20,000 bases of DNA from Chiloscyllium plagiosum (lineage: Eukaryota): the NCBI RefSeq assembly GCF_004010195.1, contig NC_057719.1, positions 91,911,800 to 91,931,799 of the forward strand, read 5' to 3'. Shown one piece after another: positions 9,681 to 19,698 of the stretch (its first letter is position 1; every line of letters starts with the position of its first letter). A model generated the notes under the pieces. It ran no database searches. It saw only the letters and a list, made by a program, of their open reading frames with translations, and had not been told where the DNA came from. The position numbers and the translations under genes are program-made.

Positions 9681-9840
9681 GTCAGGATTGGAGGCTATGG
9701 TTGAGCCTGGATGCACAGAGTTGGCGAGACAGGATGGGTGTGGAGATGATCTCTGAGAATTGAAGAGTTGGATGGGGGATTGAATTGAATAAGGTTCCCC
9801 AGGTTTATTAATTTTAGTAAGAGCCCATGGCTAGTTACAT

Positions 9841-9980
9841 GGGGAGATGGTAAACAGGGATAGTGTCGTTGGGTCAGTCATCCAAAGTCCCAGACTAATG
9901 CTGTGAGAACCTGGACTCAAAACCCGCCATGGCAGCTGGGGAAATGTGAATTCGGGTAATAATAAATCTGGAATGTGAAG
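9841..9980 (+). mobile_element. 5' part of an old tRNA-derived SINE distinct from HE1
   Basis: Degenerate B box GGACTCAAAACCC followed by GCCATGGCAGCTGG...GAATTC...AATAAATCTGGAAT, which resembles a recalled shark SINE. Confidence 0.45.
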
Positions 9981-9993
9981 CTTATCCCAACTG

Positions 9994-10385
9994 CAAGAAA
10001 ACACAACAACACCTCTACCTCCTTGGGAGGCTAAGGAAATTTTGGCACGTCTTACCAAATTTGTATAGATGCACTGTGTAAAGCATCCTATCTGGATGCA
10101 TTACAGTGTGGTTTGGCAACTGCTGTCCCCAAGACCACAGGAAACTACACGGCGTCATGAGCACAGCCTAGTCCATCACGTAAACCAGCCTCCCAACCAT
10201 TAACTCCAAACATATTTCCCACCATCTCGGGAAAGCCAACCCAACGTCATCGAAGACCCTTCCCACTCTGGGTTTGCTGTCTTCCATCCTCTTTCGTCAG
10301 GCACAAGGTATAAAAATTGGAATAACTGCGTGAACTGATTCAAGAACAGCTTCTTCCCTGAAGCGATGTCTCAAATGTTAATTCT
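9994..10385 (+). mobile_element. Rex1/Babar-clade LINE 3' ORF remnant
   Basis: Translation KKTQQHLYLLGRLRKF..LYRCTV*SILSGCITVWFGNCCPQDHRKL, then after a frameshift EDPSH...LSSGTRY...FKNSFFP. Contains in-frame stops. Confidence 0.85.
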
Positions 10386-10389
10386 GAGC

Positions 10390-11218
10390 TCTCGCGCTCT
10401 CGCGCCCTCGCTCTCTCTCGCGCCCTCGCTCTCTGTCGCGCCCTCGCTCTCTGTCGCGCCCTCGCTCTCTGTCGCGCCCTCGCTCTCTGTCGCGCCCTCG
10501 CTCTCTGTCGCGCCCTCGCTCTCTGTCGCGCCCTCGCTCTCTGTCGCGCCCTCGCTCTCTGTCGCGCCCTCGCTCTCTGTCGCGCCCTCGCTCTCTGTCG
10601 CGCCCTCGCTCTCTGTCGCGCCCTCGCTCTCTGTCGCGCCCTCGCTCTCTGTCGCGCCCTCGCTCTCTGTCGCGCCCTCGCTCTCTGTCGCGCCCTCGCT
10701 CTCTGTCGCGCCCTCGCTCTCTGTCGCGCCCTCGCTCTCTGTCGCGCCCTCGCTCTCTGTCGCGCCCTCGCTCTCTGTCGCGCCCTCGCTCTCTGTCGCG
10801 CCCTCGCTCTCTGTCGCGCCCTCGCTCTCTGTCGCGCCCTCGCTCTCTGTCGCGCCCTCGCTCTCTGTCGCGCCCTCGCTCTCTGTCGCGCCCTCGCTCT
10901 CTGTCGCGCCCTCGCTCTCTGTCGCGCCCTCGCTCTCTGTCGCGCCCTCGCTCTCTGTCGCGCCCTCGCTCTCTGTCGCGCCCTCGCTCTCTGTCGCGCC
11001 CTCGCTCTCTGTCGCGCCCTCGCTCTCTGTCGCGCCCTCGCTCTCTGTCGCGCCCTCGCTCTCTGTCGCGCCCTCGCTCTCTGTCGCGCCCTCGCTCTCT
11101 GTCGCGCCCTCGCTCTCTGTCGCGCCCTCGCTCTCTGTCGCGCCCTCGCTCTCTGTCGCGCCCTCGCTCTCTGTCGCGCCCTCGCTCTCTGTCGCGCCCT
11201 CGCTCTCTGTCGCGCCCT
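10390..11218. repeat. 18-bp minisatellite (CTCTCTGTCGCGCCCTCG)n, about 45-46 units
   Basis: Exact period-18 array; the first units are variant. Confidence 0.98.
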
Positions 11219-11289
11219 GCACGAAATGTTAAACCAAGGCAGCTGTGAAAGATCTAATGGCGTGACCTGAGAGTGAAAAAAGAAACAGC

Positions 11290-11575
11290 AGGGGTGTTGG
11301 TACCCTGGTGAATCTTTCTCTCTGTCATTAAGGCCGGGAGCAGAAGGGTTGGAGGGGATGTGAGGAATGTTTTTTTTTCCCCTACCCAGTGGGTGATGGG
11401 AGTCTGAAGCTTCCCACCTTTAAGGGTGGTAGAGGCACAGACTCTCAAAACATCGAAGTATTTAGACATGCACTTACAATGCCAGGATATACCAGGCTAT
11501 GGGCCAAGTGTTGGAAAATGAGATGGTTGATGGGCTGGAAGTCCTTTCTCTGCACTATAGACCTCTCTGACTCTA
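11290..11575 (+). mobile_element. CR1 LINE 3' end remnant
   Basis: GAGGGGATGTGAGGAA...AGGGTGGTAGAGGCA...GGCTATGGGCCAAGTGTTGGAAAATG...tail CTCTCTGACTCTA. Confidence 0.7.
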
Positions 11576-11712
11576 CGTGGTGACAGACTTTCTCATTTGG
11601 ACTTCTGTTTAAGGTAGTTCCTCATGTACACACTGGCTATTTTCCATGTTGCAATATTCCACAATAGAGCAGTGACTACACTTCAGGTGTACTTGACTAT
11701 GCATTCACTGCT

Positions 11713-12010
11713 ATAGCCAGAGGACACCGATCTGGATCAGTGACTAAAGCACCAGAGGAGAGATGAGTGAGGGGAACAAACTGAAGCAGTGTTCTGTGAT
11801 CGTGAACACTTTCCCAGGAGGGACGGTCAGAAGCAGGTTCACTTGCGACTTTCAAAAGACAATTGGGTAAATGGTTGAACCAGTAAACTCTGCAAGGGGC
11901 CATGGGGAAAGAACAGGGAGTGGGACAGACTGAGTAGCACTTTCGTAGGGCTGACCCCCCGTAGGTGTGTCTCTATGCGTAAGAAATCCTTCCTCGATGT
12001 TGTACTACCA
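11713..12010 (+). mobile_element. CR1 LINE 3' end remnant
   Basis: CCAGAGGAGAGATGAG...GAAGCAGGTTCA...ACTTTCAAAAG...ATGGGGAAAGAACAGGGAGTGGGAC. A small Deu-SINE-like piece (CAGTGACTACACTTCA) precedes it. Confidence 0.65.
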
Positions 12011-12139
12011 TGAGGAAATGAACATTTTGTCGATGGCATGCATTGGGAGAAGCAATAATTTAGCCGTGGCAGTATTTGTTGAGGTGATTATGATTTTAAA
12101 TACACTGTCCCCATAATTTGTGGCAAGAGAGCTGTACTT

Positions 12140-12245
12140 ATTACTTTAAAGGAGTGTATAATTTTTGTCTGATTACCCTCCTGTGAAGAATCTTGTGACA
12201 TTTTAACAAGTTAAAGGCGCTTTATAATTGCAAGTTGTTGTTGTG
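12140..12245 (+). mobile_element. L2 LINE 3' tail
   Basis: CTCCTGTGAAG...GACATTTT...GTTAAAGGCGCTTTATAATTGCAAGTTGTTGTTGT. Confidence 0.65.
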
Positions 12246-12328
12246 TAAAGGAACAGAGACATAGCGTGCCTGTGTATTTACGTGTATATGTGCATCGACA
12301 TCACTGTGTCTATATTTACTTATATAAA

Positions 12329-12860
12329 TAGAACTAAACAGCACATGAGGCCATTCAACCCATCTGACCAATGGCAGCTCCTTGAAAGAACTGTTCTGTT
12401 CATCCACTCTCTCCTGCCCTTTCCCCTGAGCTATTTGTGTATTCCCTTTTGAACGTTCCTTGAATTTGCTTTTTAGGCGATACATTCCAGGTCACACCTG
12501 CATAAAACCTGATTTTAGTCCCTTCCTTCCTTCTGTTAATTTTCTTCAGTCTGTGTTTGCTGGTTACCAGCCCTGTTGTCAGAGGTCGCTCTTTCTTTTT
12601 ATTGACTCTTATCGAAGCCTGCAAGGTTTTGAACCAATCTATTAAATCTCCTTTTACCTTTCTGTGCTGCAGGGAGAATGACTGCTAGCTCCTCTCGTAT
12701 CTCCACATTAACTGGTACCATTCCAGTAAATCTCTGACTCTGAGGTTTTGGTATCCTTCTGAAATTGGACACTGTGCTCCAGTTCAGGCCTGGCCTCCGC
12801 TTGCTCGCTCGCTCGCTCGCAGTCAAAACCCTCACCTGTATTTTTGCTTCTTATTCCCAT
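12329..12860 (-). mobile_element. Old CR1 LINE 3' fragment
   Basis: Tail ATAGAACTAAACAGCACATGAGGCCATTCAACCCATC; minus-strand RPGLNWSTVSNF is a frameshifted RPxLEYCVQF-like motif. Confidence 0.6.
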
Positions 12861-12939
12861 GTTCTGCTGGCCAAACTCCCTCTGTGGACTCTTTTTTTTG
12901 CGAACTTGTACTGATCCAGAACTCTGCCACCATGACGGT

Positions 12940-13068
12940 TAAGCGGGTCAAAGGTTATCGAGGGAGGATGAAGTATGGCATTGAGGGCAAAATCAAATCT
13001 GCCATGATCCTGTTGAATGGGGGAGCAGGCCTGAAGGGCTAAGTACCCTACCACTCCTCCTCAGTTTC
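12940..13068 (+). mobile_element. CR1 LINE 3' UTR remnant
   Basis: GCCATGATCCTGTTGAATGGGGAGCAGGCCTGAAGGGCT is homologous to 17247-17306. Confidence 0.7.
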
Positions 13069-13111
13069 CAAATTTGAGTGTTTGGGACTCATTCTAACAA
13101 GGCCTGATCTT

Positions 13112-13780
13112 CACTGGCTCCTCGTTTGATAACACTTCCATTTTAAAGCAGTCATCTCAGTCTTCCCTCCATGGCCTCACGCCCCATCCATTGCCCGTTG
13201 CCTTTTCTTCATTATTTTGAAATCTGCTCCAGCTTCCATGATGTCTGCAATGCCTCTTCCTGTCTAACCCCCACAATCCTTTGCTGTATAAATGCTTGGC
13301 AGTCATGCTTGCGGCCGTCCTGGACCTTGATTTGGAAATCCATCACTAACCTCTCCACCTCACTCTCCTTTTAAAACCTGCTGCTCTATCCAATGGTTTG
13401 GTCACCTGTTTGAAGGTTATATTACAAAGCTCAGCGTAAAGGGGTGGCACGGTGGCTCAGTGGTTAGCGCTGCTGCCTCTCAGCGCCAGGGACCCGGGTT
13501 TGATTCCAGCCTCCGGCGACTGTCTGTCTGTGTGGAGTTTGCATGTTCTCCTTGTGTCTGCGTGGGTTTCCTCCCACAATCCCAAAGATGCGCATGTCAG
13601 GTGAATTGGCCATGCTAAATTGCCCAAGTGTTAGGTGCATAAGTCAGAGGGAAATGGGTCTGGGGGGTTACTCTTTGGAGGGCTGGTTTGGACTTGTTTC
13701 CACGCAGGAGGTAATCTAATCAGAGAGTTCTTTCTGTCGTCATCCTCCTATGAAGTTCCATGGGAGGTTTTATTTATAAT
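13112..13780 (+). mobile_element. L2-clade LINE 3' fragment split by an HE1 SINE
   Basis: CACTGGCTCC (HWL motif)...CCCTCCATGGCCTC...TTTGGTCACCTG, resuming after the SINE with CTCCTATGAAG...TGGGAGGTTTTA. Confidence 0.65.
13441..13721 (+). mobile_element. HE1-type V-SINE
   Basis: A and B boxes, V-domain and TAATCTAATC tail. Confidence 0.92.
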
Positions 13781-13894
13781 TTCCAGCACAGGAACTGGTT
13801 GCTTGGACTATTGGGTGTTTGCTGGGTTTTTTTTCTGCTTTGTGTAAACTTCTCTCTCGAGTTTCATCTAGTTCTGTAACCATAATCCTTTCTC

Positions 13895-14200
13895 CCTCGT
13901 ATTTCTTAAGCTTTCCTTAAATGTGTTTAACCTCTTCGCCTCAGCCACTTCCCTATAGCAGCGAGTTACACTTTCTAGTCACACTCTCTCTCGATAAAGA
14001 CATTTCTCCCCAGTGCCCTGTTAAAAATAAGTGATTTATATTTGTACTCATGTACCTTGGTAACTAGCTTCTCCACAAATGCAAAACATCATCTTTTGTG
14101 TCTAGCTTCTCAAATGTCTTTATAATTTTAAAGGCCTGTTCCAAGGGCTTGTTTAACTTTTCCTCACGGTTATAACCTCTTAGATCTGGTAACCTATAAA
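13895..14200 (-). mobile_element. Old CR1 LINE 3' fragment
   Basis: Minus-strand QAFKIIKTFEKLD (cf. EVFKIMKGFDRVD) plus a CR1-like downstream region. Confidence 0.55.
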
Positions 14201-14929
14201 TCTTTGCTTCAGTGCACGGAGTGCTCAGTGTGGGTTTTGCTGCTACGTAAATGCAAGATGTTATTGCCCAGCTCCACGTCAGAGAAGGGGGAACTTTGAG
14301 TGAGCGTCCGAATTGGGCGTAAGAAGGCCCAGACAGCACAACTCAACAGTCATCTAAACAACTGTCGCCTCGTTTTAGTCTCTCCTACAAGACCAATCCT
14401 CCTCCACGCATCCACCCTTTCACGACCCCTCAGGATCTTTGATGTTTCGACGTGATCATCTCTCATTCATTCTTCTAAATTCCAGCGGGGTGTAGGACCA
14501 ACCCTTCCCCACGAGACAAGCATTTGTAAACCAGGAATCCGTTTGGGGGAGATGACGTAGGGCAAGAGAGGCCCGGGTTTCAGTGAGGAATATCTGGGGA
14601 ACAGTGACCATAATATGTTTAAAGGAGCTCTGGAAAGGGATAAGGAAAAAGTGACGGTGAATGTTGGAGAGTCCATCTCAATAATCTGAGCAGGTCCCTC
14701 ACACTGGGAAAAGTGGTTAATGTTATGAATAGGACGACCAAATTCCTTGGTAGCTTTTGACCGATTGAGAGCTGGAATCCAGAATAATGCAAACTAATGA
14801 AAACCGATGTGGTCCAGCCAGACTCCAGGACAACCTTCCCTCTTCCACATGATGTATCATCCTCTAACATCACCAATGATGCCCAGATAATCCCTTAACA
14901 GCAATTAACCCTTTACGTTACATAGTCAA

Positions 14930-15273
14930 ACCTACAAACGAGGAACAGGAGAAGGCCATTTAGCCCTTAGAATCTGCTCCGCCATTCAGTAGGATGATGG
15001 CTGATCCGATTTTAACCTCCACTCTACATACCCGTTACATTCCGGATAATCTTTCACCCTCTTGGTAATCCGGGATCTCCCTACCTCTGTCTTAAAGATT
15101 CTGCATGCACTGCCGTTTGAAGGGAATTCCTTCAACCTTGCTTTCCTGATCTCTGTTTTAAAATGGGCAACCTCATTTTTAACCCAGTGGCCCTTAGTTT
15201 GAGATTCTCCCACGCCAGGAAGCTTCCCCTTGGTCAAATCCGCTCAGTATCTGACGTTTTCATTCAGTTGACC
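14930..15273 (-). mobile_element. CR1 LINE 3' fragment
   Basis: Translation GVGESQTKGHWVK...FKTEIRK...IFKTEVGR and a CR1 3' UTR. Confidence 0.78.
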
Positions 15274-15284
15274 AAGCAAGCCAG

Positions 15285-15742
15285 ATCAGAAGCCACACGA
15301 CAACAGGTTCTAGTCCGAACAGGTTTAACGGCTGAATAGTAAGTGAAGGGGACGGCCTATAATCCAATTCATTGAAGCAGAGAGGTAATTACAAAAAAAA
15401 TAAAAAATCGGGTGGTGCTGGAGACAAACCAAATGACTGGAATAACATGCCAGGTGTAAGAGTCGCATGCCGAAGGCCTAACCAAAGTGACAAGTAATCC
15501 AAAAGTGTACAAACTGATTAAGGTCGAGAGATCATAACAGGTTATCAGGATGATGGTATTAAAACAGGACAGTATGGAAGATTTTACAAATACGGAACAG
15601 TGTGGTGAGATCACATGTTGCGCAGTGTGAACCCAATCCATGGTTGAGGCCATTTTGGGTTCAACATGGAGGGCCAAAGGGCTGGACAGCGCTGTTATGT
15701 TCTATGTATCTTCGTGGATGTGGAACTTGGCTATCAGTTTAA
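15285..15742 (-). mobile_element. Second-family Penelope-like element 3' fragment
   Basis: Minus strand KLIAKFHIHED (15740-15708), then an insert, then GLN (15651-15643), matching the PLE GIY-YIG C-terminus. Terminus CACACGACAACAGGTTCTAGTCC. Confidence 0.7.
15661..15707 (+). mobile_element. Extremely 5'-truncated CR1-type 3' tail (~47 bp)
   Basis: CAACATGGAGGGCCAAAGGGCTG...GCGCTGTTATGTTCTATGT has the GGGCCGAAGGGCCTG-type hairpin and a tandem tail. Confidence 0.65.
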
Positions 15743-15872
15743 CCAGAAATAAGCGAAGCCAGGCTTTCATGATGGAGATAATCAAGGCATAAAGCAAGTT
15801 TCTTATCTCCAGGGGTAAAGGCAGGGCATCTCAGCTGTCTAAGGAAATAAAGGTTAAAATATCTCCAGGATT

Positions 15873-16178
15873 GGGCAGCATGGTGGCACTGCTGCCTCTC
15901 AGTGCCAGAGACTCTGGTTCAATTCCTGCCTTTGGCGATTGACTGTGTGGAGTTTGCACGTTCTCCCCGTGTCTGTGTGGGTTTCCTGCAGGTGCTCCGG
16001 TTTCCTCCCACAGTCCAAAAATGTGCAGGTTAGGTGAATTGGCCACGCTAAATTGCCCGTACTGTTAGGTGAAGGGGTAAATGTAGGGGTAAATGGGTCT
16101 GGGTGGGTTGCGCTTCGGCAGATCGATGTGGACTTGTTGGGCCGAAGGGCCTGTTTCCACACTAAGTAATCTAATCTA
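15873..16178 (+). mobile_element. HE1-type V-SINE with A-box deletion
   Basis: B box GGTTCAATTCC, V-domain and TAATCTAATCTA tail. Confidence 0.92.
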
Positions 16179-16269
16179 AAAGGAGGTTGATGATATGCTG
16201 GGTACAGGATGCTGTTGAAAGCTGGATAGGAATTCGGGAGTCCAGGCTCCGTATTGGAGCAGCTAAGCG

Positions 16270-16980
16270 GTTAACTAAGAGGCAATTAAGGAGTAATCAT
16301 AATAATAAGGAACCCCCCAAATCTTCCATTACCCTCTTTAAAATACAATGTGATGAGGCCTGTTAAGGATGGAAATGGAAACCTTGTGGAAGTAAAGGAC
16401 CATCTAAGGCAGGGAATAAGAACTTTGGATCTCTCGCCACAAAAGTCATGGTGGAGAGAAATAGATGGGAAAGAGGTGCTGACTATTATAATGCAGTTAA
16501 CAAGTCATCCAGTCGAGTTGGGATTCTGTGAGGGGAAGCCAGGGAGGAGATTTATAACCTGACCACAATGCTTGAATAGTGGAATGGTGCCAAATGACTC
16601 AGGGATAGCAAATGTTATATTCCTGTTCAAAACAGGGTGACTAGGATTGTCACCAAGTCACGTCGTAGTGGCGGGAAAACTACTAAAAGTTGTTGTCAAA
16701 GATACAATTAATCCCTGCCTTGGGAAAAATGTGGATTAATAAGAGACAGGCAGCAGAAATATGTGGAAGGCACATCATGTCTGACTTAACCTGATTGAGG
16801 TCTTTGATGTGACTGAGAGGGTTGATGAAGGTAGTGCAGTAGATGGTGCATATGCAGAGGTGCCTCGATTATCTGGCATTCAATTAACCAAATGAAATGC
16901 TCCCCGCCTGTGACCTCCAGATAACCGAGTTTCCTCGGTATAGATTTTTGAGAAAAGGCATTCTGCTGAGGCGTGATGAT
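16270..16980 (+). mobile_element. CR1 LINE ORF2 remnant (linker and RT N-terminus)
   Basis: LNSGMVPNDSGIANVIFLFKTG and LIEVFDVTERVDEGSAVDGAY match CR1 RT domains; stops and frameshifts are present. Confidence 0.85.
16855..16938. mobile_element. Tiny Tc1/mariner (Tigger/pogo-like) MITE
   Basis: Imperfect TIRs CAGAGGTGCCTCGATTATCTGG and CCAGATAACCGAGTTTCCTCGG, flanked by TG and TA. It interrupts the CR1 RT motif. Confidence 0.65.
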
Positions 16981-17056
16981 CCTTTGATTAAATTGTGCTT
17001 CTCGCTCTCCTCCCCCTCATGAGGGGGCAGCCTAAGGCCCTCTGGCACTTTGGCAA

Positions 17057-17323
17057 TGGACCGAAGCAGATTTGGACTGAGTTGAGGAGGAGCTTCTTTA
17101 CCCGAAGGGTTGTGAATCCGTGGAATTCCCTGGCCAGTGATTCGGTCGAGGCTACCTCGTTGTATGTTTTTAAGGCGAAGGTGCAAAGGAATGAAGGGTT
17201 ACGGTGAGAGGGCGGGTGAGTGGAGCTGAGTCCTCGAAAAGATCAGCTATGATCTTATTGACTGGCGGAGCAGGCTCGAAGGGCTGGACGGCCTACTCCT
17301 GCTCCTATATTTCTTCCATTCTT
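17057..17323 (+). mobile_element. CR1 LINE 3' end
   Basis: TELRRSFFTRRVVNPWNSLASDSVEATSLYVFKAKV followed by a 3' UTR. Confidence 0.88.
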
Positions 17324-17767
17324 AGGCCCATGGGGATATGCAAGGGGCTGGGGGAAGAGTTAGGGCTGAAAGGGAACAATAACAGTAGGCCTTGCTGTCT
17401 GGGTGAAGTGTTTCTCTGGTTACTGTTGGCTGTCGCTCCACGTGCTGGTTTCCCCAAAAATCCTGCATCAGTCAGGTGAAAAGAAACCAGCAGGAGTAGC
17501 ATTCACCTTTTGCAACCCGAGAAGCCTCTGGAGTGGTTATCAGCCGCCGCCATAGCGACATTGTGATGTCTTGTCTTGTTTCCTTGGTGTGTCGCCTTGG
17601 CAGCAGGAACAGGTCTCCGAGTCCGGGAATGGAATGAGTACACACTGTGTAGCGTTGCTGTGGGCTGCGGACTGAATTTGTTGCAAAGTCTGGCCGGTGC
17701 TGAGTGTATTATTTTACAACTTGCCGTTTGCGGAGCTGAGTGAATTGGGTGGGTAGATGGACCAATG

Positions 17768-17890
17768 CGCATTTCTCTAGCGCCTTTCACAGCCCCAGGA
17801 CTTCGCCAAAGCCTCTCGCAGCCAATGAAGTAGTTTGTTTCCTTTTTGGATTGTCAGAGACAGCGAAGCCAACTCGTACACAGCAATAAG
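17768..17890 (-). mobile_element. Deu-domain SINE 3' part
   Basis: GCATTTCTCTAGCGCCTTTCAC...CAGCCAATGAAGTA is the reverse complement of the Deu-SINE tail. Confidence 0.6.
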
Positions 17891-17914
17891 GGAGTGATGT
17901 GGAGTGCTGGTGGC

Positions 17915-18052
17915 TAAGGCATGTACATTTGGGAATTCTCCCAAGGCATGTCACAGAAGCTGAGCAGACAAAGGATTGACACTAAAGCTAAAGTTAAGGT
18001 GACCAAAAGCCTGGTCAAAGAGGTAGGTTTTAAGGAGTGTTCAAAAGAGAGG
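17915..18052 (-). mobile_element. L2 LINE 3' fragment
   Basis: GGTGACCAAAAGCCTGGTCAAAGAGGTAGGTTTTAAGGAG. Confidence 0.7.
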
Positions 18053-19060
18053 CACAAACGAAATAGAAGCAGTGGACCATTCCGTCCCTCAAGCCTGCAG
18101 CGCTGTTCTGTCTGTCCACGATTGACCTTGGGTTTCAACTGTGTACTCCTCACCTCCCTGAAAGATTAAATACCTATGTATCATGGCCCGAAATGTATTC
18201 GACGATGGGACATCCCTAACCCTCCAGAGCAGAGACTTCCATTGGTTCACGACCTTTGTGAAGAAATTTCCCTTTGTCTCTGTCTGAAATGATTGGCCCC
18301 TTATCCTGAGCCCGTGTGTCCTGCGTTCTAGATTTGCCCGTCCCGCCGAGCAATCTGTTTGCTGTCGACCAAGCCTAGCCCCTTCGGGATCTTCACTCAG
18401 ACCGTCGCTCGTTTTTTTGAACTCCCAGAGAGTATCGGCTTAAGTTACCCAGTCTCCCCTGGTTTTACAAAACCCCCACCCCGGGGACCGATCCAGGGAG
18501 CCCTCACGTGCACGCACAAGTACAGAGGTTTGTTGGAGAAACTCTGGGTCTGGCAACATCTGTGGAGGGAGAAGCAAAGTTAACGTTTCGAGTCCCGTCA
18601 TTCCTCTTCTGAACTTTGACTGTAGCCAATACAAATATATCTGATTATGAATGTGGAGGCCATAGCTTTGCAAGAAACTGGCGCAAAATTCTACATGTGG
18701 TCTCCTCAAAGCCTTGTACGATTGTTGACATCTATTCCAATCGTCCTGACATGAAGGCCCGTATGTTAATCATCTTTCTAATTGTCTGCTATAATGCATA
18801 CTAAGTCTCTATGTTCCTTTGTATGAGTGCATACAAGTCCCTTTAATATCAAGTCCCTTTTAAAAAGATGTTCTACTTTTCTATTTGACCAAAGTGAGAG
18901 ACTTCACAAATCCTTACATTACACTCCATCACCCATCTGATACCCACTGTTACCCACTGATAACATAACCCTTGTTTATATCACATTGCAGTCACCCTTG
19001 AGAGCTCTTCACACCTTACCTCTCAAATTAGCTTTGTATCGTCAGCAAACTTCGATACAA
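18053..19060 (-). mobile_element. CR1 LINE remnant from the RT catalytic motif to the 3' tail, interrupted by a PLE fragment
   Basis: VSKFADDTKL at ~19058-19029, RRPHVEFCASF at ~18700, and a 3' UTR at 18053-18200. Confidence 0.8.
18520..18615 (-). mobile_element. Third-family Penelope-like terminus with degenerate hammerhead
   Basis: Minus strand 18615-18578: AGUU-CAGAAGA-...GACUC-GAAACGUU-AACU. The flank TTGGAGAAACTC...TCTGGCAACATCTGTGGAG parallels the other PLE ends. Confidence 0.6.
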
Positions 19061-19245
19061 ACTGAGAAAAGGCAATTCCGAAAATTAGGGCCCAGGGCAT
19101 GGCCACCGATTATCGAGTGAAGGAAATTGTAATGATCATAAGAGGAGCAAAACGGTGTCAAGCCTGAGGCTAGAGAGAAACGGAGGAGTTATTTGAAAGA
19201 GTATCTAAGAGGCCCATACCACTGTTTATGCCACATTGCCTTACA

Positions 19246-19375
19246 GTCACAGAGACATAGAGCCATGCAGCACAGAAACAGACCCTTCGGTCCAACTCAT
19301 CCATGCTGGCTAAGTTTCCCAGCTAAATTAGTCCCACTGGCCTGCGTTTGGCCCGTATTCCTCTGAACCTTTCCC
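19246..19375 (-). mobile_element. CR1 (HER1-like) 3' tail
   Basis: CAGCACAGAAACAGACCCTTCGGTCCAACTCATCCATGCT; same tail type as the HE1 SINEs. Confidence 0.8.
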
Positions 19376-19519
19376 AATTGTTTTCTTTTGGAGTAGATGG
19401 CCAATTCCCTTCTGAAACTGCCTGTTGAATCTGAAAGGTTTAGGGTCAGAGTGGAAAACACTGATCATTACACATCATCAGGTTCAAAACAGCCTGGTTG
19501 AATCTATGACATATTGTTC

Positions 19520-19697
19520 TAAGAAACTGTCCTGAATATATTTTACGAATGCTTCCTTCTGCTAATCTGATTATCCCAATCCACATGAAAATTAAAATCA
19601 CTGTGTTTAATATACTGGCCTGATACCCTCCTTATCTCCAGATTTATTCTCTCTCCCACCATATAGCTACTGTTAGAGGGCCTATAGACTACAGCTT
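19520..19697 (-). mobile_element. CR1 LINE AP-endonuclease domain remnant
   Basis: VVYRPSNSSYMVGERINLEI...SDFNFHVDWDNQ (YRPP and GDFN motifs). Confidence 0.82.
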
Positions 19698-19698
19698 C

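Noticed and set aside
10390..11218. CRISPR-like array
   Set aside because: No spacers, no cas genes, and a vertebrate repeat context.
10366..11232. 288-aa and 283-aa ORFs on opposite strands
   Set aside because: They are translations of a stop-free 18-bp repeat with no synonymous variation and no unique domain.
14570..14880. Possible very old CR1 fragment or exon
   Set aside because: Only a faint resemblance, with no convincing motif or splice-bounded frame.
17445..17490. NF-kB-like and IRF-like motifs (GGTTTCCCC, GAAAAGAAACC)
   Set aside because: Imperfect short matches expected by chance.
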